A stretch of DNA of 64,000 nucleotides from an uncultured virus (IMG/VR IMGVR_UViG_3300033816_001502) (lineage: Duplodnaviria; Heunggongvirae; Uroviricota; Caudoviricetes). Positions within the stretch are counted from its first letter, which is position 1. Each line of letters opens with the position of its first letter. The DNA lies in IMG/VR virus record IMGVR_UViG_3300033816_001502; one strand, given 5' to 3'. Of this stretch, positions 8,016 through 16,404 are shown piece by piece. The notes beneath the pieces were generated by a model, which worked only from the letters and a program-made list of their open reading frames with translations, did no database searches and was not told the DNA's origin. The position numbers and the translations under genes are program-made.

Positions 8016-8304
8016 CAAATTTGTTGGTGGGTACGCAACAATTGACGATAATGGTGTTAATTATCGTGATATTGCGGATACAATGACAGAGCTTGGGTAT
8101 AAAATGAACCATTCCTCAGCGAGGAATTACGTACTTCGAGTCATGCGCAAGTTTGTTGATGCAATAGCAGATCAGCATAACATTCACGTCGATTCTGAAT
8201 CAGCTGAGATGATTTCGAAATCTCCGTTGTTCCAAAGTGGAATCTCTGACTTGTTACAAGATCTAGAGTCTCATAGAAAATTGGTGAAAAATGAAAGCAA
8301 CTAA
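7990..8304 (+). CDS. putative HTH DNA-binding protein (sigma region-4-like)
   Basis: VNYRDIADTMTELGYKMNHSSARNYVLRVMRK resembles an HTH; SD AGGA upstream. Confidence 0.55.
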   Translation: MTMTMKKGSKFVGGYATIDDNGVNYRDIADTMTELGYKMNHSSARNYVLRVMRKFVDAIADQHNIHVDSESAEMISKSPLFQSGISDLLQDLESHRKLVKNESN

Positions 8305-8719
8305 GTATCAAAAGAAGTCTTTGATCAGACTAGAAGATCTTCTTCGTCGCAGAAAGACCACGTTAAAAAAGTTTTTGATTGAGAGAGGTATCACCACCTA
8401 CAGCGTTCTTGAAGAGACTTGCAATAGATTAGGTGTTGTGACTCCTGGTTTCGAAGCATTCAATTTATGCATTCCTTCGTACGTTTCTGATCCAACGGCA
8501 GGCGTCGTTGTTGTTCCTCCGTTAGATGTCGTTGCAGAGGCGACTGGTGAGAAAGAAAATTTGAACGAGGTTTTTGCAGCTATTCCTCCAACTACCGCGT
8601 ATGAAGACGTTCTGTCTCAAGAAAATCTTTCTCTCGTCGAAGATGAAGATGGAGATGCATCCAAGCTAGACCCAACATCAGAAACGAAGAATTACCAGAA
8701 GAAGAAGTTAAAAAAGTAG
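8291..8719 (+). CDS. hypothetical protein (142 aa)
   Basis: Overlapping operonic ORF. Confidence 0.7.
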   Translation: MKATKYQKKSLIRLEDLLRRRKTTLKKFLIERGITTYSVLEETCNRLGVVTPGFEAFNLCIPSYVSDPTAGVVVVPPLDVVAEATGEKENLNEVFAAIPPTTAYEDVLSQENLSLVEDEDGDASKLDPTSETKNYQKKKLKK

Positions 8720-8731
8720 GTGAAAACAAAG

Positions 8732-8986
8732 ATGAGACGAGTCGTATACGAAGTAGAAAAGATCAATAGTAATAAAGTGAGCGAAAAGCAGAATGATTGG
8801 TCGTTCGAAAAGCAAAAAATTGCTTTTAAGTTGATTAACAATGCTTCAATTTTGACCGACGCAGTACAGACGTGTAGGAGCGTTCTAGAAAAGAATCCTG
8901 ATTCTGAACTGAAAGTTGCGATCGCTAAGATCGACGGAGTGATCGAAGAGCTAAAGATAGATTTCAGAAAAAACTACAAGTTTTGA
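8732..8986 (+). CDS. hypothetical protein
   Basis: Operonic ORF; SD-like AGGTG before the ATG at 8732. Confidence 0.6.
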   Translation: MRRVVYEVEKINSNKVSEKQNDWSFEKQKIAFKLINNASILTDAVQTCRSVLEKNPDSELKVAIAKIDGVIEELKIDFRKNYKF

Positions 8987-9067
8987 GAAACTCGAATGAA
9001 TCTAGGTTAGATTCTTGTCAAGAAAACTGTGAAATCTGTGAGTAGGGTTGGTTAATATAACCTCATA

Positions 9068-10405
9068 ATGACAGTCATCGACATTCTTGAATCTCTAGAG
9101 TCTAACAATTCTCGAATCTTTAAAGAAGAGTTGTTGGACACTCATAGTAACAATCAACTCTTGCAAAGGATTTTTGTATCTGTTGGTGATCCTTACACGA
9201 ACTTTTTTGTCAACAAGTTCAAGATGCCTTCTTCTTGTGGTGTTGGAGATGATGATGATGAAGTCATTGATAGTTTTTTGGATTTCGTAAATCATTCGTT
9301 GGCTCAACGCAACATCACAGGAAATGCTGCAAAAGATGCCGTCGTTTCTTTTTTTGCACGTTTGACGGCAAACCAACAGAAGTGGTGTCTCAGAATTTTA
9401 TTGAAAAATTTACGATGTGGTGTGCAGTCCACCACTGTCAATAAGATTTGGCCGAATTCTATCGTCGGGTTTTCAGTGCAGTTAGCTGAGAGCTTGCAGA
9501 CGAGATTCGATCCTAATTCAGGAATCATCATCAACGACAGCATCAGCTATCCTGTCCGCGTTGAGCCTAAGTTGGACGGATTGCGATGCATCATCGTGAA
9601 GAAAGATGGTCTAGCCACCATGTTTACCAGAAGTGGTACGGTTCTAGAGACGCTTCCGAAGATTAAGAAAGCGATCGAAGACGCGCCATGGGACAACTTT
9701 GTCTTGGATGGTGAGGCGATGGGTTCCGATTGGAATGAATCTGCGTCTGTGGTGATGTCTCACAAACGAGGCAAGGATGATTCTAACATCATGTTTCATG
9801 TGTTCGATTCCATGCCTTTTTCTGATTGGCACGATCAAGAAAGTTCGATGGAGCTGCTGACTCGAGTTGAACTGACCGAAGAACTAGTTTCGCAGGTCAA
9901 TAACTCTTCGGTGGCACATGTTAAAGGCATCACCGTTAATGATTCAGGTGAACTATTGGATTTTTATTCAAAAAATCTAGAAAGCGGATTCGAAGGAATC
10001 ATGATCAAGGATCTCTCGGCTCTTTATTCGTTTAAGAGATCTAACTCAGTTAAAAAGATGAAGCCGATTGCCACCTATGAAGGTATGATTGTCGGTCACT
10101 ACATGGGAAACAGAGGTTCAAAGAGAGAAGGTCTGTGGGGTGGATTTGAGGTCATGATGCCAAACGGGATCATCACACGTGTGGGTGGAGGTTTCACCGA
10201 CGCATTAAAAGCTGAGATCGGAATGGATCCTGACTCATGGATTGGAAAAGTGGTTGAGCTAGAAGGTCAACCTGAACCTTCCACGTCGAATGGATTGACG
10301 AAGGACGGAAAAGTCAGATTTCCTGTCTTTATCCGCGAGAGAAGCATCAACGATGTCGATCCTAAAATTGCTGAGGTCGGTCAAAAATTCTTAAACATAG
10401 TTTGA
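9068..10405 (+). CDS. lig: ATP-dependent DNA ligase
   Basis: EPKLDGLRC (motif I, KxDG), LDGE, FHVFD, EGIMIK, KMKP, VGGGF, RFPVF. Confidence 0.95.
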   Translation: MTVIDILESLESNNSRIFKEELLDTHSNNQLLQRIFVSVGDPYTNFFVNKFKMPSSCGVGDDDDEVIDSFLDFVNHSLAQRNITGNAAKDAVVSFFARLTANQQKWCLRILLKNLRCGVQSTTVNKIWPNSIVGFSVQLAESLQTRFDPNSGIIINDSISYPVRVEPKLDGLRCIIVKKDGLATMFTRSGTVLETLPKIKKAIEDAPWDNFVLDGEAMGSDWNESASVVMSHKRGKDDSNIMFHVFDSMPFSDWHDQESSMELLTRVELTEELVSQVNNSSVAHVKGITVNDSGELLDFYSKNLESGFEGIMIKDLSALYSFKRSNSVKKMKPIATYEGMIVGHYMGNRGSKREGLWGGFEVMMPNGIITRVGGGFTDALKAEIGMDPDSWIGKVVELEGQPEPSTSNGLTKDGKVRFPVFIRERSINDVDPKIAEVGQKFLNIV

Positions 10406-10474
10406 ATTTACCTTATAGTTATGTCACGGGTTGTATCACAATTGAACACAGCCTCTTACAGGAGATTATATAAA

Positions 10475-10696
10475 ATGTCAAAGTTTGTATTCGTTATCGC
10501 TTCAGTTTGTCTCGTCGCATGTGCATCAACCGACGCACCAGCACCAGCTGCATCCGCTACAGCCACGGCTGATGTTGCAGTTTCGGCAGAGCCTGCTGCT
10601 TCTGCAGCTCCTGCAACGGCGGCAACTGTTGTCGAGTCAGCTGCACCTGTGGTTGCTCCAAGCGCCGCAGTCAGTGCAACACCAGCTGCAAAGTGA
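10475..10696 (+). CDS. small Ala/Pro-rich lipoprotein
   Basis: MSKFVFVIASVCLVAC: basic residue, hydrophobic core, LVAC lipobox; SD AGGAG; low-complexity Ala/Pro/Thr tail. Confidence 0.7.
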   Translation: MSKFVFVIASVCLVACASTDAPAPAASATATADVAVSAEPAASAAPATAATVVESAAPVVAPSAAVSATPAAK

Positions 10697-10739
10697 TTTG
10701 AACAAATGGGACTGCTTGTATTATAAGTAGTCCCATAAT

Positions 10740-10811
10740 GGTCCCATCGTCTAGAGGTTAGGACAGTGCCCTTTCAAGGCGCTTGCGGGGGTTCAATTCC
10801 CCCTGGGATCG
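10740..10811 (+). tRNA. tRNA-Glu (TTC), CCA not encoded
   Basis: Acceptor GGTCCCA/TGGGATC; anticodon arm GTGCC-CTTTCAA-GGCGC (TTC at 10773-10775); T-arm GGGGG-TTCAATT-CCCCC. Confidence 0.93.
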
Positions 10812-10814
10812 CTG

Positions 10815-10845
10815 AAAGCCATCTTTTATAGATGGCTTTTTTATT
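10815..10845 (+). terminator. intrinsic terminator after the tRNA
   Basis: AAAGCCATCT-TTTAT-AGATGGCTTT followed by TTTATT. Confidence 0.8.
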
Positions 10846-11040
10846 ATGAACTCTTTACCTGAAATTGGCGAAAGAATCGTCGTTTATGGAATGCTACAAG
10901 AAGCAAAGGTAGCATCTGTTTGTTGGGATACTACCTCTTTTGATTGGATCATCAATCTTGATTGGGGATTTCACGGACAATCTAAAGTTAGATTGCACGA
11001 TGAGAACAAGACCTGGTATAGATTTTCAAAGGTCAATTAA
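10846..11040 (+). CDS. hypothetical protein (64 aa)
   Basis: Clean ORF (LPEIGERIV..., small beta-barrel-like). Confidence 0.6.
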   Translation: MNSLPEIGERIVVYGMLQEAKVASVCWDTTSFDWIINLDWGFHGQSKVRLHDENKTWYRFSKVN

Positions 11041-11041
11041 A

Positions 11042-11368
11042 TCAAGAACCTGTTTTAATCTGTTTTATTAACCCAATGATAGACTGGATATCTCCTGGAT
11101 CAGATATTATGATCTTTAAGAAAGCCGTTCCTAACGCTTGTCTTTCCATCTTGTCGATAAGTTTTTCGTCGCTTATAGCAGCAGCTGCATCTTTAGATTT
11201 TGCCACGTCTTTTATTGCCGAAGCTAGTTTTGTTGCATTCGCTTCGGGGGCTAACTTTTGAAGTTTGGTGCGTAATTGATCTATAGGTCCTTCGACTTCT
11301 CCTGCTTCGTGAATGTTCTTTATTTCTTCTAGTATGATCTTGCGTAGCTGACGTTCTGTTAATTTCAT
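11042..11368 (-). CDS. hypothetical protein with MKLT-x-LR-II-EE N-terminal motif
   Basis: MKLTERQLRKIILEEIKNIHE; SD AAGGA. Confidence 0.75.
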   Translation of the reverse strand: MKLTERQLRKIILEEIKNIHEAGEVEGPIDQLRTKLQKLAPEANATKLASAIKDVAKSKDAAAAISDEKLIDKMERQALGTAFLKIIISDPGDIQSIIGLIKQIKTGS

Positions 11369-11442
11369 GTTGGGTCCTTCGGTAATATATCTATGTAATT
11401 AACCACGATAGTTTGCAAAAAAGATTATATTTAAGATTCGAA

Positions 11443-12681
11443 ATGAAGAACAAGAGAACCAATCGTCGTCCGCTCGTAGAAATGAAGAAGGCTTCTGGAC
11501 TAGGGAAGTTATTCGATTCTTTATACGAAGACATCTTAAAAGATTCTGGTGGAGATAAGAAACAAGCTCTTGATAATTTCATAGATCAAGTCATGGCATA
11601 CACTGCTGGTGGATCTCCTGATATGGGTTCTTCTAGATTGGCAGTCATTCACGGAGATGAAGTTATTAAGGTTGCTCTTAATGAAGCAGGCTTCGCGCAG
11701 AATGGAATTGAGGCCACAGCAGGAAATGACTCTGAAGTGAGCGATATAGTCGTTCCTGTGCTTAGTGCTAGCGATTTCACGGATCATGACGGATACTTGT
11801 GGATAGTTTCGCAGAAGGTCAAACCCCTGACAATCCCGGGATTTTCTAAAGAATGGCAGATGGTTAGATCAGCATTGAAGCAAGCAGCAAGCGACGCGGC
11901 TTCAGGAAAAACTCCTAAGGCCCCTCCACCACCAGCAGCCCCCACTTCTGCCGCAACAAAAAAGGCTCCTAATGCGCAGGTTGATCCTGATGCCACAAAG
12001 GTTGCAGTTCCTCAAGGTGCTGCAATGAAGCAAGCAGCTAATGTGACTTCTCAGCTTCAGTCGACTGGATTGGACAAAATGTTGACTGATGAATTCCTTG
12101 GATCCTTTGCAAAACTTGTCACAAGGTATTCTGAGATAAACACAGGAGATCTATACAAGCCTGATTCTTGGGGTGTGGATGGCGATAACATCAAGTTATT
12201 GGACGCTGGATTAACAAAGTCAATCAGCAAGAGCTATTATAAGAGCACAGGTTCTGGTCTAATATTTGCTGGATCAGAGCAGGCCAAGCAAGCCAAAGCC
12301 GAAAAAGAATCTTCTAGAACCTCCTCTATTGAATCTAGACGATCTCAAAATGAGGAGTTTGCCAAGGATGCTTTACAATTATCTTCGTATCCTGAAGAAA
12401 CAGCGTTGCTTCTCTACGTGAGAGGATTGGTTGAACCTCTTCCTCGTTCTATCTTTTCCTACGATCCCGACAAGGGATTGTCAAAGTTTGACATACGTTC
12501 TGCTTCTAAAACGTTGCGAGACCAGTACGACAAGGTCGTCGGACTCATTGAAAAAATCTCAGATTCTTCTTTGAAAGATTCTCTTCTCAACGGGCTGGAC
12601 GGGATCTTGACGTTGCAGGAATCTGTAGGACGATCTCAACTCAGAAGCCTCATCAGGATGCATCTGAAGACTCTGATTTAA
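11443..12681 (+). CDS. protein-kinase-like protein
   Basis: GSSRLAV (Gly loop), VIKVA (VAIK-like), NGIE (alphaC Glu), DLYKPDSWG (catalytic-loop-like), LLDAG (DFG-like). Confidence 0.6.
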   Translation: MKNKRTNRRPLVEMKKASGLGKLFDSLYEDILKDSGGDKKQALDNFIDQVMAYTAGGSPDMGSSRLAVIHGDEVIKVALNEAGFAQNGIEATAGNDSEVSDIVVPVLSASDFTDHDGYLWIVSQKVKPLTIPGFSKEWQMVRSALKQAASDAASGKTPKAPPPPAAPTSAATKKAPNAQVDPDATKVAVPQGAAMKQAANVTSQLQSTGLDKMLTDEFLGSFAKLVTRYSEINTGDLYKPDSWGVDGDNIKLLDAGLTKSISKSYYKSTGSGLIFAGSEQAKQAKAEKESSRTSSIESRRSQNEEFAKDALQLSSYPEETALLLYVRGLVEPLPRSIFSYDPDKGLSKFDIRSASKTLRDQYDKVVGLIEKISDSSLKDSLLNGLDGILTLQESVGRSQLRSLIRMHLKTLI

Positions 12682-13000
12682 TCTTCATAACGACCAACGG
12701 GTTATCTTTTATTTTCCAAAATTGTTTTTCTAACGGTGGTTCTTGTCCTTCCTTGAACCACATCAACTTGCGGCCTTCGGTCGAGTCGTAGACGCCGATG
12801 ATCGTTATTTGCCCTGCATGAATTAAATCGTGACAGACATGACACACGACGCTGAGATTGTAGTTGTTGTTCGTTGATCTAGGATCTCTACGAGGAATTA
12901 TGTGATGAATGTTAAGAGCTGCGGGATTGTTGTACCTGCAAATCTCACACTCATTCTTCTTTAATTTCTCTTGATTTCTAAACCTACGTTGAACCATCAT
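12653..13000 (-). CDS. HNH endonuclease
   Basis: CEIC...IHHIIP...N..NLSVVCHVCHDLIH. Confidence 0.85.
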   Translation of the reverse strand: MMVQRRFRNQEKLKKNECEICRYNNPAALNIHHIIPRRDPRSTNNNYNLSVVCHVCHDLIHAGQITIIGVYDSTEGRKLMWFKEGQEPPLEKQFWKIKDNPLVVMKIKSESSDAS

Positions 13001-13027
13001 AGTATTATACAAACGCGTGCGGAACTC

Positions 13028-13429
13028 TTATCCCGTTCTATCATTCAACGAGTTCTGTGGGTCAGATGTTCGTCTTTGCGATTCGACCGCGGGACCCTTG
13101 TAGGTCTCTAACATCCTGCGCAGAGTCTTAACGATTGCGTCATACCCAACAACAGACACGCCGCCTGAAAGCGTGTAAGCTAGTATCGATCCCGCTAGCG
13201 TCTTTCCAAATGCGATTGGCACGGGCAAACCATATTCGTATCCGATCAATCCGACTCCTGCTCCCACAGCTAGGGCGTGAAGAGGTAAGGTTGCCCAGTA
13301 GATTCTTCTCCATCCGACGTGCCCATCAGATTCTCGCCTCTTGTTTCCAAGGATGATGTTACGAACTACCTGACCACACATCCCTATGATGAAGGGAACC
13401 ACCCCTAGAATAATTATCCAATCTTGCAT
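13028..13429 (-). CDS. three-TM membrane protein, possible holin
   Basis: Three hydrophobic segments and a charged C-terminus; ATAGTTAT late-type motif upstream. Confidence 0.5.
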   Translation of the reverse strand: MQDWIIILGVVPFIIGMCGQVVRNIILGNKRRESDGHVGWRRIYWATLPLHALAVGAGVGLIGYEYGLPVPIAFGKTLAGSILAYTLSGGVSVVGYDAIVKTLRRMLETYKGPAVESQRRTSDPQNSLNDRTG

Positions 13430-13490
13430 GACCAATAACTATAAGAATTATTCATAGATTATCACGCGTCATCCTCACATTATGATATAC

Positions 13491-13518
13491 TTCAAAAGCC
13501 TCTTCCGAGGCTTTTGAA
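13491..13518 (-). terminator. intrinsic terminator-like hairpin
   Basis: TTCAAAAGCCTC-TTCC-GAGGCTTTTGAA, downstream of 13541..14338. Confidence 0.75.
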
Positions 13519-13540
13519 AAGTGCATTTGAATCTTAGGTT

Positions 13541-14338
13541 TTACTTTACGATTCCTGCAAGACGCTGCCAACGCTCAACAATTATATTTCCATCATTGTG
13601 AAGAGATTCTTTTTTTGTCTCTGAATTTAATTTTATGACTACTAATGGCGCGCTTCTTTCACCTCCCGCATATTTCAAGATAGTGCTTGAGGGCTGTTCC
13701 ATGTTCAAAGAGATTTTTTCTTGCATCTTTTCTCCCAATGCTTCTGTCACGCCTTCTCTTTTTTGTTTTTTAGCATGAATTGCTTGAAATGAATCTACAC
13801 ACTCGTTCCAAAAATCAACAAATGTTTTACCAATAGATTGAGCTGCTTCCAACTTCCCAGTTTTTTCATAAAAGTTAGCCCATCCATATACGGTTTTTGG
13901 TTCGTAATTTTTATCATATCCAGAGACAGAAGAAGGCGGATTATCATCCATGAAATTTTTAGGTGCTAACAACCCTTTAAAACTTTCCCCAAACCCAATT
14001 GCGTACACAGCATCACTCTTGGGTAAAACACGCGTCAAAGATACTCTTCCTTGAGGAGTTAAGTCTATTCTTATACCGCTACGGACTTGTGTTGAAAAGT
14101 CCTTAAAATGAGCATTTACAGCTTTTTCGTACTGTTGCTGTCTATCGTTACATATTTTTTCAAACTCTTCAAAAGACTTGACTGCTGGTAAGATTTCTTC
14201 TTTAGGTTCTTCTTTTTTTCCACTAAAAGCGCTTTTTATCGTGTCAAAAAAACCTTCTTTTGTTAACTCGGTTTTTTTAGTTTGTTGTGATATTTCTTCT
14301 ACAACTAGTTCTCTAAGTCTTGATTTCGTTAACTTCAT
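13541..14338 (-). CDS. putative internal head protein (N-terminal MKLT motif; scaffold-like C-terminal ERWQRLAGI)
   Basis: MKLTKSRLRELVVEEI; C-terminus resembles the scaffold C-terminus ERWAKLAGI; lies next to the capsid gene. Confidence 0.65.
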   Translation of the reverse strand: MKLTKSRLRELVVEEISQQTKKTELTKEGFFDTIKSAFSGKKEEPKEEILPAVKSFEEFEKICNDRQQQYEKAVNAHFKDFSTQVRSGIRIDLTPQGRVSLTRVLPKSDAVYAIGFGESFKGLLAPKNFMDDNPPSSVSGYDKNYEPKTVYGWANFYEKTGKLEAAQSIGKTFVDFWNECVDSFQAIHAKKQKREGVTEALGEKMQEKISLNMEQPSSTILKYAGGERSAPLVVIKLNSETKKESLHNDGNIIVERWQRLAGIVK

Positions 14339-14416
14339 GGATAGAGTCTCTTTCTAAAACTTTGATAATTATAGATCTCTCGATCAATCAATTAAAATTT
14401 AAGCAAAATTAAATGT

Positions 14417-14442
14417 CAAAGGCCACCTTTCGGTGGCCTTTG
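14417..14442 (-). terminator. terminator downstream of the major capsid gene
   Basis: Minus strand CAAAGGCCACC-GAAA-GGTGGCCTTTG. Confidence 0.8.
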
Positions 14443-14464
14443 TTACATACATCTAAATTTTACT

Positions 14465-16351
14465 TCAGATGATGTTCATGTCGAGAACCGTGACCGTTCC
14501 GTAGAAGTCCGAACGGACCATCTTCTTACCGTAGCGGGTCATCACGCCCTTACGTGGTGTGAAGTCCTCTGGTGCGAAGATTGTTGGTGTCACGATGAGT
14601 GGAACGTATGGTGCGTATACGTAGCCTGTCTCGAGGTAGCTGCCACCCTTGTAACCGACGAGGATCTTGTTACGTGGGAAGTAAGGATCCTTGTAGACCG
14701 TGAAGCGGTTGCTGACCGTGCCGATTGCCTCTGCACCGATTGTGAAGGGGCTGCCGACCTGACCTTCACCGTCGATCGAGAACTTGGGCTTGTAGAGGAC
14801 CGAGCTCTCGAGGATTGTTGCAACGTCTGGTCCTGTGACCATGAAGTTTGCTGATCCGCGGAGTGTCTTGCGGTGGATCGTGTTGGCAACGTCGATGACT
14901 GTCTCAACGAGCGTCTCATACCACTCGCGAACCGTACCGGTGAATTGTGGTCCGATTGAGAGGCTTGAGGCGAGTGTTACAGGCTGGCCTGTTGTCTTGT
15001 TGACGAACTTACCAGGAGCGCGTGACCAGTAGTAGTTGGCGCCGTTGGCCTGTGTGACGAGGTCGTTGAGGATCTCGCGGTCGATCTCGAGGGCGATCTG
15101 CTCCGAGAGGATCGAGGTGAGCTCAACCTCTGCGTCCATGCTGTGGTAGGCGTTGAGGTCCTGTGCGAGCTCTGGTGACCAGCGAGCACGGAGCTTGCGG
15201 GTTGTTGCTGTGATTGCAATCGACTCGATCTTGATGTCGATCTCTGGGATTGCTGGTGCTGGTGTTGCTCCGAAGTCAGACTCGAATGAAGGTACTGTGA
15301 GAGTTGCACCAGTCGAAGCGACTTCGAGTGAAGCTGCCTTCGAGAAGGTGACTCGTCCAGCGCCTGAAGTGAGAACTGACAATCCATTTGCTCCCTTGAT
15401 AACGAATTGGAGATAGTTACCATTCAATGCATCAGGAGTGAATGTATGTGCTGATGTACCGCCACCCGTGAGAGTGCCGCGCTTCGTGAGTCTACGGAGG
15501 TTGAGTACGCCTGTTCCTCCTTGGAATGTCTCGCCCCATGCTGTTGCGTTTGCTCCGAATCCGCTGAATACCGCGACCTGTTCAGCCGAGAGGAGGTCTG
15601 CTCCTGCTGCGGTGAATGCCGTCGTAGGAACGTAAACGAAGAGCGCATCGAGCTGATTGGCTTCGATAGAATTCTGAACCTGCGAATCAAAATCCATGAG
15701 ACGTGCGTTCGAGCCGCTGAAGTCAGCTAACGTTGCAACGGTTGCACCGTTTGACCAGGTGAGTCCGTCAACTCCCTTGTATGAACCTGAGTAGACCGTG
15801 CCTGCTGAGAAGTCGAATGTCTGAAGTGAACCAGTTACTTTTGAGTAACCTGCTCCGACAAGATCATACATACCACCCGTCGCGAGTGATCCGCTTTGAA
15901 CCCCTCTGCCTGTTGGGTTGTTGTAGATTGATTGACCTCTTGTATAGGTCGACTCTCCTGATGCTCCTACTGCCTGTCCAACGTTCGTACCGTATGTGTA
16001 ATCGAGGTAGAAGATGAGACCTGAGGGGAGGCTCATTGGCTGGATCGAAACGAGCTCGTTTGAAACGAGACCGCCGAATACGCGGCGGACGATTGGGAAT
16101 GCGATGTTTGTGAAGCCCTGGATCTGTCCGCTGGATGTCACGTTGCCGCCGCCTGTTGAGAGGCTGTTGCTCTCCTTGAGGACCTGTGCTGCCTGGTTCT
16201 CAAGAAGCTGTGCCATTACTTCGCGACGTGTGCCATCGAGGCCACGGAGGAGGCCTGTGCGGCTCCACTTCTCTGTAAGACGGGCACGCTCGGCGCCTAC
16301 GTGACGCTCTTTGATGCCCTGTGCAAGCTGATCAATTGTAAAAGATTTCAT
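14465..16351 (-). CDS. major capsid protein (T4 gp23-like)
   Basis: LLENQ, PIVRRVF, VSIQPMSLPSGLIFYL, TRKLRARWSPELAQDLNAYH, EIDREI, YAPYVPL, FTPRKGVMTRYG. Confidence 0.96.
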   Translation of the reverse strand: MKSFTIDQLAQGIKERHVGAERARLTEKWSRTGLLRGLDGTRREVMAQLLENQAAQVLKESNSLSTGGGNVTSSGQIQGFTNIAFPIVRRVFGGLVSNELVSIQPMSLPSGLIFYLDYTYGTNVGQAVGASGESTYTRGQSIYNNPTGRGVQSGSLATGGMYDLVGAGYSKVTGSLQTFDFSAGTVYSGSYKGVDGLTWSNGATVATLADFSGSNARLMDFDSQVQNSIEANQLDALFVYVPTTAFTAAGADLLSAEQVAVFSGFGANATAWGETFQGGTGVLNLRRLTKRGTLTGGGTSAHTFTPDALNGNYLQFVIKGANGLSVLTSGAGRVTFSKAASLEVASTGATLTVPSFESDFGATPAPAIPEIDIKIESIAITATTRKLRARWSPELAQDLNAYHSMDAEVELTSILSEQIALEIDREILNDLVTQANGANYYWSRAPGKFVNKTTGQPVTLASSLSIGPQFTGTVREWYETLVETVIDVANTIHRKTLRGSANFMVTGPDVATILESSVLYKPKFSIDGEGQVGSPFTIGAEAIGTVSNRFTVYKDPYFPRNKILVGYKGGSYLETGYVYAPYVPLIVTPTIFAPEDFTPRKGVMTRYGKKMVRSDFYGTVTVLDMNII

Positions 16352-16404
16352 TCTTATATTCTCCTATAAACAAATTGAAAGATTAATCTACATGCCCTCA
16401 AGCA

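Noticed and set aside
10740..10811. tRNA as a prophage attachment site
   Set aside because: No integrase, no duplicated tRNA 3' end, and phage-type genes on both sides.
12653..13000. HNH gene as part of a self-splicing intron
   Set aside because: It is free-standing and does not interrupt a recognisable gene.
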